This document shows, piece by piece, positions 48,478 through 57,782 of a stretch of 64,000 bases of DNA. The DNA comes from an uncultured Acidobacteriota bacterium (GTDB lineage: Bacteria > Acidobacteriota > Vicinamibacteria > Fen-336). Positions within the stretch are counted from its first letter, which is position 1, and each line of letters begins with the position of its first letter. Below the pieces are notes generated by a model, which was not told the origin of the DNA, made no database searches, and saw only the letters and a list, made by a program, of their open reading frames with translations. The position numbers and the translations under genes are program-made. The stretch is from positions 1,856,001-1,920,000 of the forward strand of contig OY970399.1 of assembly GCA_963720545.1 (NCBI GenBank), in the 5' to 3' direction.

Positions 48478-50600
48478 TATACCTTCGAGGGTTCGCGGGT
48501 CAGATAGGCTTCCTGGACGTAGTCGCGCACCATGCGCTGCGCGCTGAACTGCGGTACCACGGTGGCGATCGAGTTCTTCATGCGCGAGAGCCACTGGCGC
48601 GGCAGGCCGGCGCCGTCGCGATCGAAGTACATCGGCACCACTTCTTCTTCGAGCACCTTGTAAAGGGATGCTGCGTCGTCGCGGTCCTGTGCGTCCGCGT
48701 CGGCATAGTTCGCGTCGCTGCCGATGGTCCAGCCGTTGTCACCCGCGTAGCCCTCCACCCACCAGCCGTCGAGGATGCTGACGTTGACGCCGCCGTTCAC
48801 CGGCGACTTCATCCCCGAAGTGCCGCTCGCTTCCTGCGGACGGCGCGGCGTGTTGAGCCAGACGTCGCTGCCCTGCACCAGCATGCGGCCCATCTCGATG
48901 TCGTAGTCCTCGAGGAACACCACGCGACCGCGGAACTCGCCCTGCGTCAGCAGGAACAGCCGGCGGATGAGGTCCTGGCCGGCGCGGTCGGCGGGATGCG
49001 CCTTGCCGGCGAAGATGATCTGCACCGGACGTTCCTTGCTCATCAGCATCGCGGCCAGCCGCGGCAGGTCGGAGAGCACCAGCACCGCGCGCTTGTAGGT
49101 GGCGAAGCGGCGCGCGAAGCCGATGGTGAGGGCTTGCGGATCGAGCAGCCCCTCGACGAGCCGCAGCTCGTCGGGCGCCATGCCGTGGCGCGCCGACTGG
49201 TTGCGCACCCGCTCACGGAGGAAACGGATGAGCCGCTCCTTCTGCGCGCGGCGCGCGCTCCACAACATTTCGTCGGGAATCTGCCGCGCCCGCTCCCAGT
49301 AGTCGCCGTGCATCAGGTGGCGGTCCCAGTCGGCGCCGAGGTGCTGCGTGTAGAGCGCGCCCATTTCCGGGCCGATCCAGCTCTGGGTGTGGACGCCGTT
49401 CGTGACCGAACCCACCGGCCGCGCCGGGTTGCCGGGAAACAGGTGCCGCCACATGTCGGAAGAGACGTCGCCGTGCAGCCGGCTCACGCCGTTGACGCTC
49501 TTCGAGAGGCGGATGCCGAGCACCGTCAGGTTGAGGTTGCCACCCGGGCTCTCGGCGCCGAGATCGAGAATGGCCTTCGGCTCGGAGCCGACGTCGCGCG
49601 TCCACGGCTCGAGGTATTTCTTCACCAGCTCGCGCTCGAACACTTCGTTCCCTGCCGGCACCGGCGTGTGCGTGGTGAAGACAGTGTTGCGCGCCGTCGC
49701 CTGCAGCGCCTCCGACAGGCTGTCGCCGCGGCCCACCTTCTCGCGCGCGCGCTCCAGGCCGAGGAACGCCACGTGGCCTTCGTTCATGTGCCAGACGTCG
49801 GGGCGAATGCCGAGGGCGCGCAGCGCGCGCACGCCGCCGATGCCGAGCACGATCTCCTGCGTCAACCGCATCTCGCGGCCGCGCACGTACAGGAGGCTGG
49901 TGATGAGGCGGTCGGCCGGGTCGTTGAACGGGATGTCGGTGTCGAGCATCAGCACCGGCACGCGGCCCACCTGCGCCTTCCACACCGCGGCCTGCACCGT
50001 GCGGCCCGGCAGGTCGACGGGCACGGTCAGGACGCCACCCGAGGGCGCCTCCACCGGTTGCACCGGCAGCCGCGCGAAATCGTAGTGCGGATAGAAGTGC
50101 TGCTGCAGGCCGTCGGCGTCGACCGTCTGCCGGAAGTAGCCCGACTGATAGAGGATGCCGACACCGACCAGCGGCACGCCGAGGTCGCTCGCCGCCTTGC
50201 AGTGGTCGCCCGCGAGGACGCCGAGGCCGCCCGAGTAGACGCCGAGCGATTCGTGCAGCCCGAACTCCATCGAAAAGTAGGCGACCGGCCCCGCGAGCTT
50301 GTCCTTGTGCACCTCGAACCACACCGGCGCCGCGTGGTAGTCCCGCCACGACCGGATCACCGCCTCGTAGGTGCGGACGAAGTCGGGATCGCTCCAAAGC
50401 CGCGCCCATTGCTGCGGCTCGACGTTGATGAGCAGCTGCACGGGGTTGTGGTAGCGCTTCCAGTGGTCGGGGTCGATCCAGGAGAAGAGGCGGGTCGCGA
50501 GCGGCGACCAGCTCCACCACAAGTCGTAGGCAAGCTCGCGGAGCGCGTCCAGTGCGGGCGGCAGCTCGATGTCGGCAACTCGCAGTGTCTTGATCTGCAT
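48477..50600 (-). CDS. glgP: Alpha-glucan (glycogen) phosphorylase
   Basis: AYFSMEFG, YSGGLGVLAGD, HMNEGH, FARRFATYKR, AGKAHP, EASGTSGMK; start MQIKTL at 50600. Confidence 0.95.
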   Translation of the reverse strand: MQIKTLRVADIELPPALDALRELAYDLWWSWSPLATRLFSWIDPDHWKRYHNPVQLLINVEPQQWARLWSDPDFVRTYEAVIRSWRDYHAAPVWFEVHKDKLAGPVAYFSMEFGLHESLGVYSGGLGVLAGDHCKAASDLGVPLVGVGILYQSGYFRQTVDADGLQQHFYPHYDFARLPVQPVEAPSGGVLTVPVDLPGRTVQAAVWKAQVGRVPVLMLDTDIPFNDPADRLITSLLYVRGREMRLTQEIVLGIGGVRALRALGIRPDVWHMNEGHVAFLGLERAREKVGRGDSLSEALQATARNTVFTTHTPVPAGNEVFERELVKKYLEPWTRDVGSEPKAILDLGAESPGGNLNLTVLGIRLSKSVNGVSRLHGDVSSDMWRHLFPGNPARPVGSVTNGVHTQSWIGPEMGALYTQHLGADWDRHLMHGDYWERARQIPDEMLWSARRAQKERLIRFLRERVRNQSARHGMAPDELRLVEGLLDPQALTIGFARRFATYKRAVLVLSDLPRLAAMLMSKERPVQIIFAGKAHPADRAGQDLIRRLFLLTQGEFRGRVVFLEDYDIEMGRMLVQGSDVWLNTPRRPQEASGTSGMKSPVNGGVNVSILDGWWVEGYAGDNGWTIGSDANYADADAQDRDDAASLYKVLEEEVVPMYFDRDGAGLPRQWLSRMKNSIATVVPQFSAQRMVRDYVQEAYLTREPSKV

Positions 50601-50646
50601 TCGTCCTTCCAAAGCGCGCAGTTTATCCTGATGGAAGGAAGGATCC

Positions 50647-51774
50647 ATGACGATGAAGCTACGCTTCTTGGTGGCGCTCCCCGTCTTCGCAATCGTTTTA
50701 GTCTTCTGCAAGAAGGGCATGACTGAAACGGCGGCAGCGCCGCCGCCGCCCGTTCCGGCCGCGGCGCCGCAGGTGGCCCTGCCGCCCATCCCGCCGGGCC
50801 TCGGCCCCGAGGAAAAGCGCGACATCGAGGTGTTTCGCCGCGCCGCGCCGTCGGTCGCATTCGTCACCAATATCGGCCTGGTGCGCGACTTCTTTTCGTT
50901 CGAGGTGGACGAGGAGACGCAAGGCCAGGGCTCGGGCTTTGTCTGGGACCGCGAAGGGCACGTCGTCACCAACTACCACGTGGTGCAGGGCGGCCAGCGT
51001 TTCTCGGTGACGCTCGGCGACAAGGAATACCCCGCCGACTATGTGGACGGCTTCGCCGACAAGGACATCGCGGTGCTCAAGGTGAAGGCGCCGGCGGGAA
51101 CCTTCGCTCCCCTCCCCCTTGGCCGCTCGGCAGAACTGCTGGTCGGCCAGCGAGTCCTCGCCGTGGGCAATCCTTTCGGCCTCGACCACACGCTCACCAC
51201 CGGCATCGTGAGTGCTCTGGGTCGCGAGCTGCGCTCGCCGGGCAACCGCATGATCCGCGACGTCATCCAGACGGACGCCGCCATCAACCCCGGCAACTCC
51301 GGCGGGCCGCTGCTCGATTCCTCGGGGCGGGTGATTGGCGTCAACAGCGCCATCTATTCGCCGAGTGGCGCCAGCGCCGGCATCGGCTTCGCCATCCCCA
51401 TCGACACCGTGGCGCGCTACGTCCAGCAGATCGTGCGCACCGGCCACGTCACACAGGTGGGCATCGGCGCCGACTTCCTGTCGGACCGCTACAACCAGGC
51501 GCTCGGCATCGAGGGCGCGGCGCTTTACAACGTGCGCGCGGGCGGGCCGGCGGAGCGTTCGGGACTCAGCGGCGCGCGGCGCACGCGCTCGGGCCGGGTG
51601 GCGCTCGGCGACGTGGTGGTCGCCGTCAACGGCAGGAAGGTGAAGGGGGCCGAGGACGTCCTCTACGCCTTCGAGAACCAGGACCCCGGCAGCAGCGTCA
51701 CGCTGCGGATCGCGCGCGACGGAAAGGAGCGAGACGTCATCGTACGCCTCGCCCAGACCTCGCCCGACAACTAG
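50647..51774 (+). CDS. HtrA/DegP-family serine protease with one PDZ domain
   Basis: GSGF, TNYHVV, DIAVL, GNPFGL, IQTDAAINPGNSGGPL. Confidence 0.93.
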   Translation: MTMKLRFLVALPVFAIVLVFCKKGMTETAAAPPPPVPAAAPQVALPPIPPGLGPEEKRDIEVFRRAAPSVAFVTNIGLVRDFFSFEVDEETQGQGSGFVWDREGHVVTNYHVVQGGQRFSVTLGDKEYPADYVDGFADKDIAVLKVKAPAGTFAPLPLGRSAELLVGQRVLAVGNPFGLDHTLTTGIVSALGRELRSPGNRMIRDVIQTDAAINPGNSGGPLLDSSGRVIGVNSAIYSPSGASAGIGFAIPIDTVARYVQQIVRTGHVTQVGIGADFLSDRYNQALGIEGAALYNVRAGGPAERSGLSGARRTRSGRVALGDVVVAVNGRKVKGAEDVLYAFENQDPGSSVTLRIARDGKERDVIVRLAQTSPDN

Positions 51775-51805
51775 TACGCGGCGCGCGTCGGCGCGGCGCG
51801 GTCAG

Positions 51806-52048
51806 CTAGTAGGCCGCGTAGGAGGAGCCGCTCGCCGCCAGGGCGGCGACCATGCGCTCGCGCGCGTGCGGGATGTTCAGGCGGCGCATCTTCTCGAAAA
51901 GAGTCGTCGGCAGGACGCCAAGCGAATCGGCCGCGCGCCGCTGGTTCCAGCCCGACGCCTGGAGCGCCGTCACGATCAGGTCGCGCTCGTACGCTTCCAC
52001 CCGCGTCTTCAACGTCGGATTCGAACCCGCTCCGCTCTCGATGTTCAT
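51806..52048 (-). CDS. Stand-alone Fis-like helix-turn-helix protein (80 aa)
   Basis: LKTRVEAYERDLIVTALQASGWNQRRAADSLGVLPTTLFEKMRRL; GGAG SD upstream of ATG 52048. Confidence 0.8.
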   Translation of the reverse strand: MNIESGAGSNPTLKTRVEAYERDLIVTALQASGWNQRRAADSLGVLPTTLFEKMRRLNIPHARERMVAALAASGSSYAAY

Positions 52049-52313
52049 TTCAATTTCTCCACTCAAAACTTCGCTTCGAACATAGGAGCCGCCCGGTTCA
52101 AGACCATGAACGGAAGCGAAGGCCGGGATGAAGCGCATATGAGTTGGCAACCTTCGGTGCCACAATGAATTACGGGCACGGATGAGGTGATCGATTTTCT
52201 GCACGCATGCGTCTAATTGAAGAGGAATGCCGCTATCCAATTGATTGGCAGAGGCTTTAACAAAGTTTGAAAACACTGCGCAATTTCGTCTCGATAACAT
52301 CGCGTCGTTCCCT

Positions 52314-54290
52314 GTGACCTCTCCTGTCGAGCGAGGACCTGAGCCGGCGCTGCTCCGCTTCGATCCTTTCGAGCTCGACCTCCGAACCGGCGAGCTGCGC
52401 CGGCAGGGACAGCTCGTCAAGCTCCAGCAGCAGCCGTTCAAGGTGCTCTCGCTGCTCGCGCGCCGCAGCGGCGAGCTGGTCACTCGCGAGGAAATGAAGC
52501 GCGAGATCTGGAGCGAGGAAACCTTCGTCGACTTCGACCAGGGCCTCAACTTCTGCATCAAGCAGGTGCGCATCGCCCTGCGCGACCAGGCCGACACGCC
52601 GCGCTACATCGAGACCCTGCCGCGCCGCGGCTACCGCTTCCTCGCGCACGTGGAGCACCTCGACGGAATGGGTCGGCGCACCGCGCAGGGTGCCATCGAC
52701 ATGTCGACGCCGCCGCCCGGGCCACCGCCGGCACCGGCCGCTCCTCGATCCCGCCGGTTCGGCGCCACTACCGTGCTCCTGGCGGTCGCGGTCCTGGGCG
52801 TGGCGGCCAGCGCCTGGATCTGGACGAGCGCCGCAAACCGCGCCCGCGGCCAGGCGGCCGCCGACGGCCCGGCAGCGGCGGCACGCGGCGCGCAGGGCGC
52901 CGCCGCACGGCGGCTGATGCTCGTGGTGCTGCCGTTCCAGAACCTCAGCGACGATCCGGGGCAGGAATACTTCAGCGACGGACTGACCGACGAGATGATC
53001 ATGCAGCTCGGGCGCATCGACCCGCTGCGCCTCAGCGTGATCGCCCGCGGCTCGTCGATTCAATACAAGAACAAGGCGATAGACGTCGCCGAGCTCGGGC
53101 GGGAGCTGGGTGTCGACTACGTGGTGGAGGGCACGGTGCGGCGCGGCGGCGACCGCGTGCGCATCACGGCCAAGCTGATCCAGGCGAAGGACCGCACGCT
53201 CGTGTGGAGCGAACAATACGAGCAGCACCTGAAGGACATCCTGTCCTTGCAGAGCGAAGTGGCGCGCGCGGTGGCGAAGGGCGTGCAGGTGGCGGTGTCG
53301 CCGTCGGCCGAAACCCGCTTCGCGCGCTGGCATCCGGTCGATCCCGAGGCGTACCAGCTGTACCTGCAGGGGCGCTTCTTCTGGAACCGCCGCGACCGCG
53401 AGGGCCTGACGCGCGCCATCGACTATTTCCAGCGCGCCGTGAAGCGAGCACCCGACGAGGCGCTTCCCTACGTCGGCATCGCCGACGCGTACATCGTGCT
53501 CACCGACCAGGGCGTGGTGGCGGCGACCGAGGCGATGCCGAAGGCGAAAGAGGCGGCGACGCGCGCGCTCACCATCGATCCCGAGCTCGCCGAGGCGCAC
53601 GCTTCGCTGGCGATGATCCGCATGAGCTTCGACTGGGACTGGGTGGCGGCCGAAGCCGGCTTCCGCCGCGCCAACGAGATCAACCCCAACTACGCGACCA
53701 CGCACCACTGGTACGCGCACCTGCTGCGCGCCCGCGGCCGCCACGAAGAGGCGATCGCCGAAGTGCGGCGCGCGCAGTCGCTCGACCCGCTGTCGCTCAT
53801 CATCAACAGCAATGTCGGCTCGGCGCTCTTCTACGCCGGCCGCTTCGCCGAAGCCGAGGCGCAGTGGAAGCGGGTGCTCGAGATGAACGCGCGCTTCGCT
53901 CCGGCCTACTGGTCGCTCGGCCGGCTCAAGCTGCAGCAAGGCGCCCTCGACGAGGCGATCGCGTATCACGAGAAAGCGGTGGACGCCTCGGGCCGCGATC
54001 CCGCGTACTTGTGCAGCCTCGGCCACGCCTATGGCATCGCCGGCCGCCGCGACGACGCGCAGCGCCTGCTGAACGAGGTCCTCGAGATGGCGCGGACCCG
54101 CTACGTCGCGCCCATGGACCTGGCGCTCATCCGCCTCGGCCTCGGACAGCGCCAGGCGACGCTCGACCTCATCGAGCAGGCGGTCAACGAGCACTTCTCC
54201 GGCGTGCGCCAGCTGCGCATCGAGGAGCGCTTCCAGCCCCTCAGCGGCGATCCGCGCTTCGAGGCTCTGTGTCAGCGGGTCGGTATCTAG
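52314..54290 (+). CDS. CadC-like winged-helix regulator with TM, TolB-N-like and TPR domains
   Basis: LRFDPFELD...LQQQP...YIETLPRRGYRF; TM segment; VLPFQNLS..EYFSDGLTDE; TPR repeats. Start uncertain (52245-52314). Confidence 0.88.
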   Translation: MTSPVERGPEPALLRFDPFELDLRTGELRRQGQLVKLQQQPFKVLSLLARRSGELVTREEMKREIWSEETFVDFDQGLNFCIKQVRIALRDQADTPRYIETLPRRGYRFLAHVEHLDGMGRRTAQGAIDMSTPPPGPPPAPAAPRSRRFGATTVLLAVAVLGVAASAWIWTSAANRARGQAAADGPAAAARGAQGAAARRLMLVVLPFQNLSDDPGQEYFSDGLTDEMIMQLGRIDPLRLSVIARGSSIQYKNKAIDVAELGRELGVDYVVEGTVRRGGDRVRITAKLIQAKDRTLVWSEQYEQHLKDILSLQSEVARAVAKGVQVAVSPSAETRFARWHPVDPEAYQLYLQGRFFWNRRDREGLTRAIDYFQRAVKRAPDEALPYVGIADAYIVLTDQGVVAATEAMPKAKEAATRALTIDPELAEAHASLAMIRMSFDWDWVAAEAGFRRANEINPNYATTHHWYAHLLRARGRHEEAIAEVRRAQSLDPLSLIINSNVGSALFYAGRFAEAEAQWKRVLEMNARFAPAYWSLGRLKLQQGALDEAIAYHEKAVDASGRDPAYLCSLGHAYGIAGRRDDAQRLLNEVLEMARTRYVAPMDLALIRLGLGQRQATLDLIEQAVNEHFSGVRQLRIEERFQPLSGDPRFEALCQRVGI

Positions 54291-54975
54291 CCGAGGCCAG
54301 CGTCGTCGTTGCCGGACGCAGGGCCTTGATGAACGTTCCGGAGACGCTGCCGCGCGGACCGACCAGGTCGCGCTGCGTCAAGGTCGCCGCCATCAGGCCC
54401 TTCTTCGCGTGGCCCAATTGCGGCGCCATGACGTGCACCATCTCGTGCGCGATCACCCGGCCCATGGCGGTCGCCACCCCGGCGCCGTTCTCCGCGGCCG
54501 TCGCGAGGCCGAGCGCCGCGACGATCGGATCGAGGTACACCCATACCGCGCGTGCCTCGCCGGGCATCGCGAAGCGGGCATTGACGGCACCCATCACCAG
54601 GTGCTTGCCCGCGGCCGGCACCGACGAGCGCTTCAGGATGATGACGCGCACGTCGTCCGGGCCGGTGGTGAGCGCGGCGCCGCCGCGGCTGTAGTGGTAG
54701 CGGAGTCCCGCGCCTTCGAGGACGGCGCGCGCTTCGCCGAAAGCCCGCTCGTAGGCAAACGTCGCGATCTCGTCGACGTCCACCCAGACGAGGTTGAGCG
54801 GACCATCCAGATCGTTGTGCGCGGCGTAGTTGGCGCCAGCCGCGCGCGCAACCGGCGAGCCCTCGAGGAAATCCGTCGGCGCGCCGTACTTGCTTCCCGC
54901 CTGGGCGGCGTGCGGCATGTTCAGCGCAAGGGCGAGAGCGAGCATCCAGGAAAGTGTGCGTCCGCTGCGTCGCAT
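54241..54975 (-). CDS. Exported protein with a metzincin-like zinc motif
   Basis: Signal peptide; GRVIAHEMVHVMAPQLGHAKKGLM. Confidence 0.65.
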   Translation of the reverse strand: MRRSGRTLSWMLALALALNMPHAAQAGSKYGAPTDFLEGSPVARAAGANYAAHNDLDGPLNLVWVDVDEIATFAYERAFGEARAVLEGAGLRYHYSRGGAALTTGPDDVRVIILKRSSVPAAGKHLVMGAVNARFAMPGEARAVWVYLDPIVAALGLATAAENGAGVATAMGRVIAHEMVHVMAPQLGHAKKGLMAATLTQRDLVGPRGSVSGTFIKALRPATTTLASARYRPADTEPRSADRR

Positions 54976-55076
54976 CCGCGCCTCCCGCCTCGCATCCTCG
55001 AGGCCGTTTTCTCAAGAGACGTCGGCGCGCGAAATAAAGCCATGAGGGGTGGATGAGTTGGCGGTGAGTCCGAGGA

Positions 55077-57044
55077 TCAGTCGAGTTCAGCGAGCCATGC
55101 GGCGGCGCTCGCGTCCGACGGCATGCGCCAGTCGCCCCGCGGCGACAGGCTCACCGTGCCGACTTTCGGCCCGTCGGGCAGCGCGGAGCGCTTGAACTGA
55201 TTGGCGAAGAAGCGTTCGATGAAGACGCGCAGCCACGCCTTGATGGTGGCCGCTTCGTAACGCTCGCCGAACGCCTGGCGTGCAAGGAATTGGAGCTTGC
55301 GCGGGCCGGCGCCCAGGCGTATCAGGCCGTGCAGGAAGAAGTCGTGGAGTTCGTAGGGGCCGATCAGCGACTCGGTGGTTTCGCCGGCCGAGCCGTCGCG
55401 CGCCGGTGGCACCAACTCGGGCGAGATCGGCGTGGCGAGGACGGCGCGCAGCGTGTCGCGCAGCTCGGCTGCTGTCGGCGCCTCGGACGAGTCGGCGACG
55501 AACTGCACCAGCCGCCGCACCAAAGTCTTGGGCACGCCGGCGTTGACGTTGTACATAGAGAGGTGGTCGCCGCCGTAGGTGGCGAAGCCGAGCGCCAACT
55601 CGGAGAGGTCGCCGGTGCCCACCACCAACCCGCCCTCCTTGTTGGCGACATCCATCAGCACCTGGGTGCGCTCGCGCGCCTGCACGTTCTGAAAGGTGGC
55701 GCTCTGCCGATCCTGGTCGCCGAGGCCGATGTCCTTGATGTGCTGCGTGCAGGCCGGGCGGATGTCGATCACGCGCAGGCTCACGCCGCCGGCCGCCGCC
55801 AGCCGCCGCGCCTGCTCGAGCGTGCGCTCGGTGGTGCCGAAGCCCGGCATGGTGATGGCGATGACGCCGTCCTTCGGCAGGCCCAGCGCCGCGAAAGCCT
55901 TGAGCGCCACCAGGAATGCGAGCGTCGAGTCGAGGCCGCCGGAGAGTCCGATCGTCACACGGCGGATTCCGGTGTGCTCGAGACGCTTGGCGAGTCCCGC
56001 CGTCTGCAGCGCCAGCACCTCGCTGCAGTGCTCGACCAGCAGCTCGCCGTCGTCGGGCACGAACGGGTTCTGCTCGATGCGGCGGATGAGCCCGGCCTCG
56101 GCCTGTGAGGGAATGGCAGCCAGCGGAACCTTGCGGTACGGGCTCGCATCGCGCGGGTGCACCGCGTCGGCGTAGCTCGTCTGGCGCGCGCGCTCGATCA
56201 CCAGCCGCTCGACGTCGACATCGGTTGCGACCAGGGCGCCGCCGCGCTTGAAGCGCTCGCCTTCGGCGAGCAGCACGCCGTTCTCCGCAATCAGCAGGTG
56301 GCCGTCGAACACCATGTCGGTGGTGGACTCGTGCACGCCGGCGTTGGCGTAGACGTAGGCAGCGAGCGTGCGCGCCGACTGCTGCTTCACCAGATCGCGG
56401 CGGTACGCCGCCTTGCCGACGAGGTCGTTCGACGCCGACGGGTTGAGGATGACGGTAGCGCCGGCGATCGCGTGGCGGCTCGACGGCGGGATGGGCGCCC
56501 ACAAGTCTTCGCAGATCTCGAGGCCGAGAACCACCGACGGATCGTCGTGCAGCGGGAACAGCAGGTCGGTGCCGAACGGCGCTTCCTGCCCCGCGAGCCG
56601 CACCTCGCGCGACAGCGCATCGCGCGCCGACGAGAACCAGCGCTCTTCGTAGTACTCGCGGTACCCCGGCAGGAACGTCTTCGGCACCACGCCGAGGAGC
56701 TTGCCGGACTGCATCACGGCCGCTGAGTTGAAGAGCCGGCCGTCGAGAGCCACCGGCAGCCCGACGACGATCACCATGGCCGAGCGCTTCGAGCTGTCGA
56801 GCAGGCCCGCGAGCGCGTCCTGCGCCGCGCGCACCAGCGTCGTGCCGAGGAACAGGTCGCCCGCCGTGTAGCCGGTGAGCCCCATCTCGGGACAAACCAG
56901 CACTTGCACGGAGCGCTCCTCGGCTTCGCGCAGGACGGCAAGCGTGGCAGCGGCGTTAGCCCCGGGATCGGCGACGGTGATCCGCGGACAGGCGGCGCCC
57001 ACCCGCAGGAACCCGTAGGGAACGCTCGTCCTTGGGCGGGGCAT
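55077..57044 (-). CDS. nadE: Glutamine-dependent NAD+ synthetase
   Basis: Nitrilase triad PE / VPK / EICED; GLSGGLDS, NVQARER, GTGDLSE, QFKRSALPDGPKV. Confidence 0.96.
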   Translation of the reverse strand: MPRPRTSVPYGFLRVGAACPRITVADPGANAAATLAVLREAEERSVQVLVCPEMGLTGYTAGDLFLGTTLVRAAQDALAGLLDSSKRSAMVIVVGLPVALDGRLFNSAAVMQSGKLLGVVPKTFLPGYREYYEERWFSSARDALSREVRLAGQEAPFGTDLLFPLHDDPSVVLGLEICEDLWAPIPPSSRHAIAGATVILNPSASNDLVGKAAYRRDLVKQQSARTLAAYVYANAGVHESTTDMVFDGHLLIAENGVLLAEGERFKRGGALVATDVDVERLVIERARQTSYADAVHPRDASPYRKVPLAAIPSQAEAGLIRRIEQNPFVPDDGELLVEHCSEVLALQTAGLAKRLEHTGIRRVTIGLSGGLDSTLAFLVALKAFAALGLPKDGVIAITMPGFGTTERTLEQARRLAAAGGVSLRVIDIRPACTQHIKDIGLGDQDRQSATFQNVQARERTQVLMDVANKEGGLVVGTGDLSELALGFATYGGDHLSMYNVNAGVPKTLVRRLVQFVADSSEAPTAAELRDTLRAVLATPISPELVPPARDGSAGETTESLIGPYELHDFFLHGLIRLGAGPRKLQFLARQAFGERYEAATIKAWLRVFIERFFANQFKRSALPDGPKVGTVSLSPRGDWRMPSDASAAAWLAELD

Positions 57045-57102
57045 CGCCCACCAGTTTAAGCGCGCTAGCATGGAGGGGCTAAAAACAGGGGTAGCGAGCG
57101 CC

Positions 57103-57621
57103 ATGGATATCGGCAAACCGGCCGAAAACGAATACGCGAGCTTCTACTCGGGCTACATCGAGCTCGTCCCCGACCCCGACCTGATCGCGGCTTTGGAGCG
57201 CCAGATCGGCGAGATGCGCAAGTGGGCGGGTGCCGTGCCGCGCGACAAGGAGCGCCACCGCTACGCCGAGGACAAGTGGAGCGTGCGCGAGATCCTGGGC
57301 CACATCGGCGACGGCGAGCGCGTCTTCGGCTACCGCGCTATGTGCATTTCGCGCGGCGACACCACCCCGCTGCCGGGCTTCGACGAGAAGGCCTACGTCG
57401 CCGCCTCGCACTTCGACGACGTCCGCATCAGCCAGCTGATCAGCGACTGGGTGCTGTTCCGCGAAGCGAACCTGGCGACACTCCGCACCCTGGACGCCGG
57501 TGAATGGCAGCGCATGGGCACCGCGAGCGACAAGCCCATTTCGGTCCGCGCCCTGGCCACCATCCTCATCGGCCACATCCGCCACCACATGAACGTCCTG
57601 TCCAGTCGCTACGGTCTGTAG
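57103..57621 (+). CDS. DinB-family protein
   Basis: YAEDKWSVREILGH..D.ERVF.YR, LPGFDE, GHIRHH. Confidence 0.88.
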   Translation: MDIGKPAENEYASFYSGYIELVPDPDLIAALERQIGEMRKWAGAVPRDKERHRYAEDKWSVREILGHIGDGERVFGYRAMCISRGDTTPLPGFDEKAYVAASHFDDVRISQLISDWVLFREANLATLRTLDAGEWQRMGTASDKPISVRALATILIGHIRHHMNVLSSRYGL

Positions 57622-57731
57622 CCGTTCCCCGACTGCGACTGCGCTGGCTCTTGCCGTTTTCCCGAAGCGCGGCGGCGCATGCGCCTGGGGAACGGAAACC
57701 GAACGCTGACGCAAAGCGCCTGGGGAACGGA
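57622..57731. repeat. Short intergenic direct/inverted repeat element
   Basis: GCGCCTGGGGAACGGA at 57681-57696 and 57716-57731; inverted core CCGTTCCCC at 57622-57630 and a degenerate copy near 57654-57670. Confidence 0.55.
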
Positions 57732-57740
57732 CAAAACGGA

Positions 57741-57782
57741 AATCGACGGATTGGACGGGGACAGCCAGCCAATCCGTCGATT
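57741..57782. terminator. 14-bp inverted repeat between convergent genes
   Basis: AATCGACGGATTGG ... CCAATCCGTCGATT. Confidence 0.55.

Noticed and set aside
52145..52162. Sigma-54 promoter upstream of the Fis-like gene
   Set aside because: GG-to-GC spacing is 11 nt rather than the required 10; better explained as a hairpin.
57103..57621. DNA polymerase IV (dinB)
   Set aside because: This is the small four-helix DinB/YfiT family, not a polymerase.
57681..57731. Mini CRISPR array
   Set aside because: Only two 16-nt repeats with a 19-nt spacer and no cas genes.
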